A DNA stretch of 63,963 bases, filler included, from Reclinomonas americana ATCC 50394 (Eukaryota): the NCBI GenBank assembly GCA_048213135.1. It is 5 parts of 4 records of this genome, joined end to end, with 100 filler letters (N's around TTAATTAATTAA, not from the genome) between each part and the next. Parts side by side here need not be neighbours in the genome. Positions count along the whole stretch, not along the records: positions 1 to 14,024 come from PS015141.1; 4 more parts are not named here. One strand, 5' to 3'. Below, one piece after another: positions 1 through 11,400 of this stretch. Position numbers and translations under genes: made by a program. Within the stretch, counting starts at the first letter, position 1, and each line of letters opens with the position of its first letter. Below the pieces are notes generated by a model. That model did not search any database. It was not told the origin of the DNA and saw only the letters and a program-made list of their open reading frames with translations.

Positions 1-9
1 TCTCTCTCT

Positions 10-70
<61 letters not shown>
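1..70. repeat. (CT)n microsatellite
   Basis: Near-perfect TC dinucleotide run; degenerate CT tract continues at 270-380. Confidence 0.95.
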
Positions 71-74
<4 letters not shown>

Positions 75-76
75 TG

Positions 77-263
77 TATAACATTCGCCACGCTCCCCCT
101 TTTGGTCATATCCGAAAACACACATATGGTCCCCTGGTGACCGGGTGACGGGTTGAGCGACGGAGCAAGGGTCAGGGGTCAAGGGTAAAGGGCTAGAGAA
201 CAACTGTATAGTCACACTACAAGGGTATCAAAAGAAAAGGTGGTGGGGGCGTGGGGTTCGTAA
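77..263. mobile_element. Possible MITE-like insertion
   Basis: ~190 bp non-repetitive block interrupting a CT tract, flanked by direct repeat CACCTG (71-76, 264-269); imperfect subterminal inverted repeats (CCACGCTCCCCCTTTTGG vs TCAAAAGAAAAGG..GGGGGCGTGG). Confidence 0.3.
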
Positions 264-417
264 CACCTGCTCTCTCTCTCACCTGATCTCACTCTCTCTC
301 ACTCGCTCGCTCTCTCTCCTGCTCTCTCACCCGCTCTCTCTCTCTCTCTCTCTTGCTCTCTCTCTCCTGCTCTCTCTCTCGTCCGCTCACTGCGACCCCT
401 TTTTTGCCTCCCGCAGC

Positions 418-962
418 GACCACAACCACCGCCACTCCTGCGACGCTCCAGCGCAGCGACCTCTCACATTGGCTCCCTCGTCTCCGCCATCTCGCTGTGC
501 TCCATCGAGTCGGCGTGTCGGCTGGCCTCTGTTGCCTCCTCCTCGGTGGACAACACGCCGCGTGCACCCACTGCGCCCTTTACGCCACCTCCACTGCAGC
601 CAGCCAAGGAAGAAGTGCGGCCATTCGTCCCACCGCTGCAACTGCCGCGACAGCAGCCATCTCCTCCTCGCGCTGCTGGCGACGAGCTGGCGTTTCTGCG
701 TCACATTCATCGCGAGAACCGACCAGCAGCTGGGGCCCAGCAGCCGCGTGTGCCCCTGCTGCGGCAGCAGTCGTCGACGCAGCAGTTGTTGGTGCCGTTG
801 ACGAGGAATGCGCCGACGGTGCGGACGGCGGCGGCGAGGGGGGTGGTGCCGGCGGAGGCGACGGCGTATCAGCGGGAGGAGATGAGGCATGAGCAGAATA
901 TGGTGCGGGTGTTGGCGGCGCAGGAGGGGGGAGGGAGGGGGAGGGAAAGGGGAAGGGGGTGA
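418..962 (+). CDS. Probable terminal exon of an upstream, low-complexity protein gene
   Basis: Pyrimidine tract + CTCAC + CAG acceptor at ~417, then an open frame matching ORF 546..962; no recognisable domain. Confidence 0.35.
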
Positions 963-1051
963 AATGAAAAAAAGCACGGAATTGGATGAGAAGGAAAGGA
1001 AGCACTACAATGTGTTATGCAGTATTCAACGCTGTCGTATGGCACACGGAA

Positions 1052-4000
1052 TCAAACAGCTCCTGTGACCATGCCGCGATGTTCGGTTCTGTTGTCATCC
1101 TCGTCGGCAGCTTCTAGGAGCGGCGCATGGAGCGTGGAATCGCTGGTGACTTGCACGTGACGGCTCGCACCCACTTGCATCTCGATTTCTGTTGTATGAG
1201 CGAGAGAGAAGAATACAGAGATAAAAAGAATGAGTGAGAGAGAGAGAGAGAGGCAAAGGGAGTGCTCTGCATCGAGAATCCCCGCATCTCAGACGACGCG
1301 CACCATCGGACACTGCCGATCCCCGCCTCTGCCGACGACGGCAAAACGCCACCATAGCCTTGATGCCAGACAGCACCACTGGGCCGACCAACACCGCGCC
1401 AGCAAGCGAGAGCACTACGATGCACGTGACGACTTTGAAACGCGTGGACGCCTGCGATGCAAACACGGTGGAGATGACAACTAGCGAGCCGAGACCGATG
1501 GCCTGCCAAGCGCACAATGAGAATGCATGTGTGTCCAAATCTAACAGATGCACAACTCACCTCCAGCACGTTGTACAACATGTGTTCATAGGCGCGAACA
1601 ACAAGGTGCACCGCGAGGAAGGCGACACACACCACCCACAGCGCCAGCGGAAGGATGTCGATTGATCCCGTGGCGGCGAGAGGGAAGAGCACGGCGAGGA
1701 CGATCAGACGTCGACATAGTTGATAGCCTGGCGTACCGAAAAGGAATTTTGAGAAGTAATGCTCGGTGCGGTGGCGACCTTTATCTGCAATAATGCTGGT
1801 GGGGCAGTTGCTGTTTTCAACTGGCTTCACTGTGTGCATGTTTGCCTCTCAGTCTTGTGGTGCGCGTACGAGATTTCTTCGGCCATAAACTGATTGTTGT
1901 GCGTACTCAGGAAGCGCATGCGCATAAGTGAAAGATTGACACAGATAGTGCAGCGGAGAAGCAAACAATCAAACATCAGTGCGCCCGAGTGCACTCTGAC
2001 CTCATTGCTCTCAGCAACCTTTGGGCATGATTTGCTGTGCGAACCCAGCAAATGCAATGCCTTATCATGCATACGAAAGAGTGACGCAGATAATATATCG
2101 GAGAAAAACAGCATCAGTGCGCCCGTGTGCACTCTGATCTCTATCTCTCTCTCCCGTCCTCCCCTTCGCGCCACTCACCTTGATACCACACAACCGGAGG
2201 CCGGAAATGATCGTATAACACGCCGAATCGACGCCGAGTCTGTGAAATAGACGTGAGACAATGGCATCTCACGCTGCTTACTCTTGCAACCACCGACCTT
2301 CTCGTCATGCAGTCTCTTTTGCCGACGCAAGCGCACGGTCCACCACACTACCAATACTGGCACACTGAGAGTGGCTGCCAGCAGCACGGCGAAGAGTGGA
2401 ATCAGTCGCTGCCACCTGCGCACACACATATTTGCCGATCAGTACGGAATGAGACAGCCGCACTGCTGCACATCAAACGCAACACTCCCTCGTAGCACAC
2501 AATGCTGGGTGAAAAGAGCACAACATGACTGTTGCCGACCTCCGTGCATGTGAAAAACGTGATGGCCGTCTCTGCCAGGCCCTCGTACGCTCCCAGCAGC
2601 AGCACAACTGTTGTCAGGATGTAAAGGTGCGGTGATGCAACGAGCCTGAACCATGTGACGAATCGCGGCCATCGTCCGTTCGTCGAGCCATGGTGGATGC
2701 AGCGCACCAACGCTCTTGCAAGCAGCCAATGCAGAACAAAGCAGGCCCACAAGATTGCCAGCGACACAAATGGCGATACGACACGGGCCAGCATGTCGCC
2801 CACAGCGTCCGTGTTGAACGGGCAGCCGGCATCCAGAATGCGCGGCACGACAAAGGTGAGCAGTCGGTTGAGAGAGATGAGCTCGACATTTGGGTAGAAG
2901 AGCAGTGTGGTGGTCTGGAGCGTGAAGATGATGATTTCGGCAGATGCTGCAAGCGAACACACAAGTGGGTCAGTCTTGGGGGACACAATCCACTAAACGC
3001 GGGGGGAGTTTGCTTTCCTCTCTAATTGCCTCGATTCTACTCTCGCAACTTGCTTCAAGTCTTCTCTCCTCTCGTGCTGTTTCTCCTTCGACTCATGCGT
3101 TTCCACTTTCACCATCTCTCTCCCACTCGCTGTGTCTTCCACTACTAGCGGCTTCCTTCATCGCTCCTCTACTTGTCGCGTTTCCTGTCTCCTCTCCTCT
3201 GGCACTCGCTCCTCTCTCCATTGCTCTTCTCGCGCACGCATTTCCTATCACTTCTATTCTCAATTTTGCGATTCCCGTCTCTTCTCCCGGATTACACACC
3301 TCCGCCAACATCAATCTGGAAGAAGACGTGGATGAATAGCACAAAGGCAAGCATCTTTGCAAACGTCCACAAGCGCGCCCATCCAGATGTTGATTCGCAA
3401 GGAATGCACACTCCTTGCCACTGAGAGTAGCCCTCCTGCACATTCCAGTGAGTTCATCATCTTCCACTCGCTACTATGCCATGTGACCCACCTTGCATGC
3501 TCCACACAGTGGCGAGTTTGACGCGCGATTCGTCTCCTCACTGCAGTATTCGGCGTCGACTGCAACCAAAGTTTGGTCGGTGCCGTCACCGCGTTCGCAG
3601 TAATCATAGGGACAGAGGTATGCCACCACAGCAGACGGTGGCGACACCAGCGTGCCTGTCCACCCTTTGGACAAGACACCCTCAATCTGCCAGTCAGCAT
3701 CAACTGGGAAGGTCCAGAACTGCGACTGCACTGCCATCTGCAGTCCGCCGAGGCAGTCGGCATTGACTGGACACGGTACACATGTCTGGTTGAATGCGCT
3801 CGTCGGCAGCGCATACTCGCCAGGGGGGCATTGCTGGCAGCCAATGTCCGTGTAACTGTAACCCGCAGGGCAGGCTGCCAGTGGCAATGAGAGCTCCGGC
3901 TGCGGGCCGACAAAGCCACCGCCAGAGCCAGTGGTGATGCTGATGCTTACAGAGTCGCTGCTGTCGCGCAGATGTGCGCGAATGTCTTGAGTCGGATTCG

Positions 4001-5815
4001 CCCCACGCTCGACAATCGTCAACTGGAATATCGCAGTTCCAGCCACGGTCGACTCGGACAGAGAGCTTGTCTGCATACGTGGGCGGCGGTCGTCAGCGAG
4101 GAACAATCTTGAAAGAAGAGACGAGTGAGCACGACAGACCGCCGGACTGCAACCAGAAGAACAAGAGACGTGGAACTGGGTGTTGTCCAGCGTGGACATG
4201 AATTGACCAAAGACATCTGTAGCGTTCACCTGTATCACTCGTGGCTGCTGTGGTGATGGATACGCAACACCACCGGTCAAGCCCATCATCACAGAGTACA
4301 GCGCTACAGAGAAGCATGAGCCTCCAAAATACAAGTTAACACATTTGCTCATCACATGCAACGCAACTGCTGCCGACATCATTTGCCAGCGTGTTGCTGG
4401 CCAGGTTACCGGTGACGCTTAATTGCCGCTGCTGCATCCACGACGACCATCCGCCAGCCGCTGTGAAGGACTGCGACACTGCAGCCAGCGTAGAAGGATT
4501 GCCACCACCGTTCCAAAACAAGCCGCCACCGGCACCCTCGCCAACCAATCGCGGTTGGCCCAGAGGCGCCACCGCTTGATTGCCAAACACTGACACACTA
4601 TACAGGAGCACACCGACGGAACCCGCTGTCGATTGAGTGATGTTAACGGCCAGACCGCCACCTCGCGCTCCACTCCAGTTGTCGGCAAACGTCGTTGAGA
4701 CAAAGGAAGTCACCGTCGTGTCAACCACCGATGCTCCACCACCATCACCATGCTCGGCCGCGTTGCTGACGAAACGAGTGTTTGAGCAGTCGAGTATGGA
4801 AGAGCCACCGGCAAAGAGGCCACCACCAACTGTTGTCGCCGTGTTGTTCTTCAGCAGCGAGCCCGTGATGCTCACCTGTGGATTGTTGTCCGTGTATACA
4901 CCACCACCGTTCTGCGCCTGATTTCCCTCCACTGTCACCGCACTCATAGCCACTCGTGCAGTCTCCGCTGCCGACACTCCACCACCGCCACCACCAGCGA
5001 CACGATTGGCAAGCAGTCGGGATCCGCGCAGCGTGGTGCTTGAGCTGCCAGCAGCATACAATGCACCGCCCCACAATTGTGCCAGGCCGGCACTCAGTGT
5101 GCTGCCCGTATCCATCCACATTCCCAGTCCTTGCGCAGTAACATGACCGCCGGAGGTGGCAGCTGTGTTGCCCTGGAACTGGGTGGTAGACGATGTGACA
5201 TTGGCTGTTTGGGACACGTACATGCCACCTCCGGCCAGGGTGGCGTTGTTGGCCGCCACATAACAGTTGGCGAGACTGACCTGCGACACCCCATCGACGT
5301 ACACGCCACCACCATCTGCAGTCGCCTGATTGCCGCTAATTGTAGTGCCAGTCAACGTGTGCTTGCTGTTCTGGTCAGTAAACATGCCACTACCAAAGGG
5401 TGCAGAATTGCCCACAATAAAACCGTCGGACCAAGAAGACGAGGACTGCAGGTCGGCAAACATTCCACCACCGAAATGCAGCGCCTTGTTGTTAAGCACA
5501 CTGGAACCGCTCGATACGGCAAGCGTGGCGGTGGCGGTGAGAAACAAACCACCACCGCTCTGCGTTGCTTGATTGCTGTCCACAACAGATTGCGATTGAA
5601 TCTGCACTTGAACCTGCTCGGCACGCACAGCAAGACCACCACCATACAGTGCCGAGTTGCTCGAGATACTGGTGTTGCTGATTGTGGCTGTGGTGGCCAC
5701 CTCGCTGAGCACCACTCCACCACCGTACCCGTCAGGCGCTGAGTTGGACTTGACGAAAGAGTCCGCAATCTTGCAGCCCTGACCACTCATGGCCACGCCG
5801 CCACCACCCGTTCCC
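1052..5815 (-). CDS. Pmp-like parallel beta-helix repeat / Cys-rich / multi-pass membrane protein (5' end lost in gap; multi-exon)
   Basis: Many GG(A/G)(L/V/M)(Y/F) and xxN repeats in ORF 4336..5796; Cys-rich CPAG..CQQCPPGEY..CVPCP module (3474..4382); several hydrophobic helices (2402..2986, 1095..1839); last intron 1189-1303 gives ...DEIEMQV...GAV*. Confidence 0.75.
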
Positions 5816-5914
5816 NNNNNNNNNNNNNNNNNNNNNNNNNNNNNNNNNNNNNNNNNNNNNNNNNNNNNNNNNNNNNNNNNNNNNNNNNNNNNNNNNNNNN
5901 NNNNNNNNNNNNNN

Positions 5915-6436
5915 ACCCACCGATGCCAACATTGTACGTGTACGACTCACCAGTGGCCGTCTCTGTGTTGCATGTGAATTCCAAAACACACACAAGCACA
6001 CACGAAGGGAGGGGGACGGGACGCACTGGCGATGCCCGCGTCGGGGCCACTGAGCGCCTTGTACTGCACCACCGACTGCGCCGTATCCTCCATGGTGACC
6101 CACATGACCACCGCCTGCATGTCGTTTCGTGATCAACATGCGCGACACCAAGAGCTCACTGCCTCCGCAGAACACGCACCGAATCCGTGCCAGCGAGACC
6201 AGCAGAGCCTGTGCCCGACAGCATGACATGGATCTGATCGGGGTGCTTGCCAATGGCGAGCGACAGCCGCGGGAACGCCCTGCGGGTGCACAGCCATGAG
6301 GAACACTCGCCTGTCGTGTCCAGCACAAGCACCAGTCCACAGTACACCTCGCAAACTCGTCGAAACTCAGATACCCTGCGATCGAACAAACCAGCGACAA
6401 CATGGAGGGGGTCAATGAATGACACCGAAGCGGGGC

Positions 6437-6478
<42 letters not shown>

Positions 6479-6888
6479 ATCAGTGTCATGGTCGTATCTC
6501 TCCAGTGCCACACGCACTGCATGACGAGACGGCATGCCGTCGTCCTCATCCATCAGTGAGAACGCGTATGCCCACAAATCACTGCGCTTTGCGTGAACAC
6601 ACGCACTTCCACACACTTTTTTCCCACACGCGCACTCTCACCCTTCGCCCACATGGCCGTCCATGTCCGCATCCAAGCGATCAAACAGCATGCGGAGTGC
6701 CCAGGTGTCTCGCTGCTGTGAGGAACATCCATCAGCGAGTCAGTGATCGCTGCGAGTCGAGTCCCTCTGTCACCACAAAGCACCTCCTGTTGCTCGGCCC
6801 ACGCAGAGAATGTCACACTGCTCAGTGCCACCACGCAGGCGACAGTGACCACAATGGTCAGCAAGACTCGCTCGTCTCGTCTCGTCAT
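5915..6888 (-). CDS. Signal-anchored EF-hand + purple acid phosphatase N-terminal (FN3-like) domain protein, 3' part in gap
   Basis: Hydrophobic N-terminus; spliced EF loop DHDTDGYLSFDE; then HPDQIHVML..AVVMWVT..SVVQY..ATGESYTY, typical of the PAP N-terminal domain. Confidence 0.6.
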
Positions 6889-6943
6889 TGAAGGAAGAGT
6901 GTGGGACTTCATGAAAAGGACATCTTCGAAGTACACTGCACGC

Positions 6944-8310
6944 TCAGCGACGCTCTTCGCGCTCACGACGCCGCGAACCTCCGCGACCAGAGGCGCGAGG
7001 CATGAGTTCCACGTCAATGGACTGCAACGGGCTGTTTCGGATGGCGCGCACAGACGTCACGCGTCCGCGCACAAAGGGAGGTCGCTTGACGCACATGTTG
7101 ACGGCTTCGTCTGCGCGCTCCGCACGCAGCACATACTCGGACTTGCACGGCTTGTCGCTGGCGGCGTCGCGCTTCGCGTACAACGCGTATGTTGGCGGCT
7201 CGAAGCAGCGGAACCACACTTCCTGACCTTTCAAACTGCGTTCACGCGATGAGTTTTCATGGACCGACTGCACAGTGGCCAGTGCTAGCAAAGCACGCAA
7301 CTCTTCCGCTCGTCGCAAAGAGGACAGATCTGTTACAGCACACTTGTGAGCCACCGCTGCGGCACGGGAAACGACACATATCCAACCAAAAACTCTCTCA
7401 CCAAACAAGACGGCTTCGGCATCGGAAAATGGCTCCTTCTCGTCGTCGTGTGCGGCCGCGCTTCCCGCGCGGGAAGGCGAAAAGGTACCCGACGCAGCGG
7501 CAGTGGTGGCAGTGGCACCTCCCAAGCCGGCCAACTCTCGCAGCTTGTCCGCTCCACGTCGCACATCGGCCTGCAGCCGCAACCACGGACTGGCGCGGTA
7601 CAGCTCCTCCAGCTGCATCTCGAACTGCTCACGCGTAAACTGCACGTTCATCACAATGGTGGCCACCGCCCACATGTCGTCGACCGCCACACCCGCCTCC
7701 AGCATGACCTGAATGAGCAGGCTCATCTTTGGCGTGCCGTCGATCTTTGCCTGATTCGCCGCCAACACTCGCTGATACTCCTCAGGCGACACGCGTCGAT
7801 CAAACTCCAACTCGCGCTGCGTCTTCAGCATGCTCTGCTTCTGGTCGCCGCTCTCTGCAAAGTGCCGCGCAAAGGCCGCCACAAAGAGACGATCAACCGA
7901 CATGAGACCCGTCACCGCTTGCTCCGCCGATGGACCCGCCTGATAGCTTGGTCCCGCCGCCGCAGCAGCAGCAGCAGCAGCATTGTAGTGTCCGCCATGC
8001 GGAGGCGGCGACAGAGAATGCTGCGCGTGCGAGTCAGCAGACGCGACATTTCCACCAACGCTCACACACTCACTCACTCACTCACACTCACCGCTGCTGG
8101 TGGCGCCACTCCGCCTCCACCGACTCCTCCTCCCGCGCCTCCGTGTGCATAACCCCGCGCCGCCTCAAAGCCCGGCCCTGGCGGTCCATCGTTCACTCGC
8201 ATGTGATGCATCCCGTGTTGTGCCTGCTGATAGTGCTGGCCGTAGTCGCCGTGCCCACCACCACCGCCACCACCGCCAACACCACCGCCACCACCGCCAG
8301 CGTAGCTCAT
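6944..8310 (-). CDS. Gly-rich N-terminus protein with possible Atg11/FIP200 Claw-like C-terminus
   Basis: ATG 8310 (MSYAGGGG), spliced into ORF 6944..8077; C-terminus GQEVWF..YALY..YVL..KRPPFVRGRV. Confidence 0.5.
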
Positions 8311-8458
8311 CGTTTCTGTTGTATGTGTTGCTGACAAAATCATTGACAGGACGCGGTGGGTTCGACGAAATCCGGCATTGGTGTCCGCCACTCTCGCCTC
8401 TCTCGCTGTTGGCGTGAGCAGTGCACTATCACTGCTCTTCCCCTCGCTCTCCTTTGCC

Positions 8459-11400
8459 ATGGCATTCACGCACGTCGCGTGTGTCATTCTCGACAGCAGC
8501 GCGTTCATCACACTCGGCTTCTTCTCGCCCGATGTCGCCCGCGCACAAGCCCCGCTGTCGGTCGCCACAGTGGACGAGCGCGGTGCGGTGTGGCGAGAGC
8601 GCGCCTCGCTGTTGTTTGAGCGGCGGCGCACGGAGGCGGCAGTGGAAGCCGCGCGCAATGGCCGTCCACCCGACGACCCTGAGATTGAGCCGTCGGAGCT
8701 GAGTGTCATGGCGGCGGGAGACGTGGCGCGCGCGAGCTTTGCCCACTTTGAGTCGAGTGGTATGTGTGTGTGTGAGAGAGAGAGAGGAGCGTGTGTGATA
8801 AAAAGTGCAAAATGTGTCTCAACTCTTTGTGTGCGCAGATCCGCTCGTCGACGTGTGTCTGTATGAGGACTTTGTCAGTCAGCTGTGGATAGCGCAGGAT
8901 GAGGGTCATGCGATCGTGTCGACTGCGGGTGAAGAGGTGCACTCATTTTTCCGTTCTCAAACGTTGCTGTTGCGCACCCTCACTCTCTCTCTCACACACA
9001 CACACACTCCATGATTGCAGGCCATGCCTGTGGCGACGTTGGTCGGCCTCACGGTGTATCAGCTGCTTCCGAGTGTGATTCAACGCATGTGTGACACGTT
9101 TGGAGAGATTAGACCCACTGACATTCGGTATGTGCATGTTTGGAACACTGCTACGTGTATGTGAATGCGTGTGTGCACCGCCTGACAATTTGTGCGCGCG
9201 CTGCAGTTGGGTGATTGGCGTGCCTCGTGAGCGGTCGCCGGTGGCTGTGCGATTGTTGGATGAGGTCATTAGCTCGGCCGACTTCATTCCGGGTACGGTG
9301 GTGGTGGCCGATGCGATCCATTGTGCGGCCGTTGCGTGCGCTTCGGGGGATCCAGAGCCACAGCAGGACATGTATCGCGTCATGTATACCGCGGGCGCGC
9401 TGCTCGGTTGGTCAAAAGAGACGTATGCCGCCTGCATGTGTCTCTGTCGCTCTGACTCTTTTTTTGTGCGATCGGTGCACAGAGAGTGCAGTGTTCAGCG
9501 TGCAACTCGGTCAGCCACTGACGTGCGCCATCAGTGAATGGCCGAGCCCGCTGTCGACGCGACACGACACTGACGCTTTCCATGCGTTGCTGTCGCTGCT
9601 GCTGGAGAGCTTTGAGCAGTCGCCGGCTGCGTTCTGGAAGCATGCCGACTGCCTGACGACTCTGGACGCGCTGGAGACCGCGTTCCACCACGGTGTCTCC
9701 AGTCGGCCAGTGAGCATCACGCAAGCCAGCATTCGTGCCATCAGCTGCACCGGTCGCAACAAGTCCGTGCCTGGCGTTCGTCATCAGCAGGGGCGCGTTC
9801 TCATCTCGGTCCGCGACTTTGAGACGTACATTTTGATGCCGGTTGCCAACGCTCTGCTGGAGCCGGCGCACCAACAGGAGGTGGCACACGGTGAAGAGCT
9901 GTATGCCTATTTGACGGGTCCAGAGACGGGTACGCTGACCAGCACTGCCGGCCGCATGTTCGGCTCGCTGCAGCCGATCGACCGACCGGACACCATGGCT
10001 GCCACTGGTGCTCTCCTCTTTGGCGCCAACCAACTGCAGCACGCAGATGCGGGCATGGCGCCGGCACCTGCCGGGCCGCCGGGTGCTGGTTTCGAGCGTC
10101 TGCCCGTTGCCGTGGATCCCGCACCACCAGCACGAGCACCGGCACCAGCACCAGCACCAGCACCAGCGCCAGCGTCAGCACCCGCACCCGCACCCGCACC
10201 GGTGGCAGTATCTTCGCCGCCGCCGCGGCAGCCAAGTCTCGTTGCCAACGATGATCCGTTTGGTGGGAACCTCGCCTCCCCGTCCATGGTTGTGGGTCGT
10301 GCTGCTGGTGGCGCACCTCAGCAACAACCGCAGCAACAGCACCGCCAACAGCAAGAGCAAGAGCAAGAGCAACAGCGGCAGAGGCAGCAGCAGCAGCAGC
10401 GTCCAGTCTCTGCTCTCATTGACCCCCGAGCCGCAGCTGCTTCGTCGCCTCCCAAGTCAGTATCGTTTGCGGTCGACGATGGCTCCGGACAAGCGTCTGT
10501 GCCTGCGCAGCCCAGTATGGATTCGCTGATTCAGAGCGCCATTGCGGTACGCTCAGAGTGCTTGGCACGTGCACATTGCCTGTCCTCCTCTTGACTGTGT
10601 ATTTGCATCGGTGCGCGCAGTACGTGACTGAACGTCTGTCCGAGCTCGGCTTCTCCCCTCCCAACCGCAACGTGATGATGAATTACATCAACAAGTACAG
10701 GGCCGACCTCGACAAACCAGAGAGAGTCGACACCTGCTTCCGGGAGATATTGCACAAGGAGATGTTGGGCGCCGATTTTCCTGATCCTGCCCCCGCCGCT
10801 CCCGCACCAGCCGCCGCACCCGCCCGCGCCCCCGCTCCTGCTCCTGCTCCCGCACCAGCACCTGCTCCCGCTCCGGCTCCTGCTGCCGCCGATGGTGACA
10901 GTCTTCGTCGCTTGCTGATGGACCTCCCACCGGCCAGTCGCCGTGTGGCCGATGTGCGTCGTTGTGTTGCATTAGATGAGAGGAGGATGCGACAATTGAC
11001 TGATAGGGCGGTGTTATGGCACCGTATCTTGCGCAGAAATTCATGAGCAACTGTTACGGGGGCATTCTGTTCCGGTTGCCCCCCTCGGGCGAGGAACAGG
11101 TGATTGAGCGGACGCTCCGGAAACACCAGAACAACTTTGTCGCTTTGCAGGCTGGTCGCATGACGGAGCGCGAGCTGCTGTATGCCATGGCCGAGGACGC
11201 CATGCAGTTGTCACAGGAGTGGGAGGAGCCTCCGGCACCTGCACCGGCACCTGTGCTTCCGCCTGTACGCCATGAACAACCTGCACGACCTATTCCCAGC
11301 GAAGTTTCCGCCGAATATCAGCCGCGAGCACGTCCACCGTCTCTGCCAGCTGGAGGCTCATCGTCTTCTTCTTCATCGTCGTCGTCGTCTTCCTCCTCTT

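Noticed and set aside
10121-10890. GCACCA/GCTCCT tandem repeats as CRISPR or mobile repeats
   Set aside because: They are in-frame (Pro-Ala)n linkers with no unique spacers.
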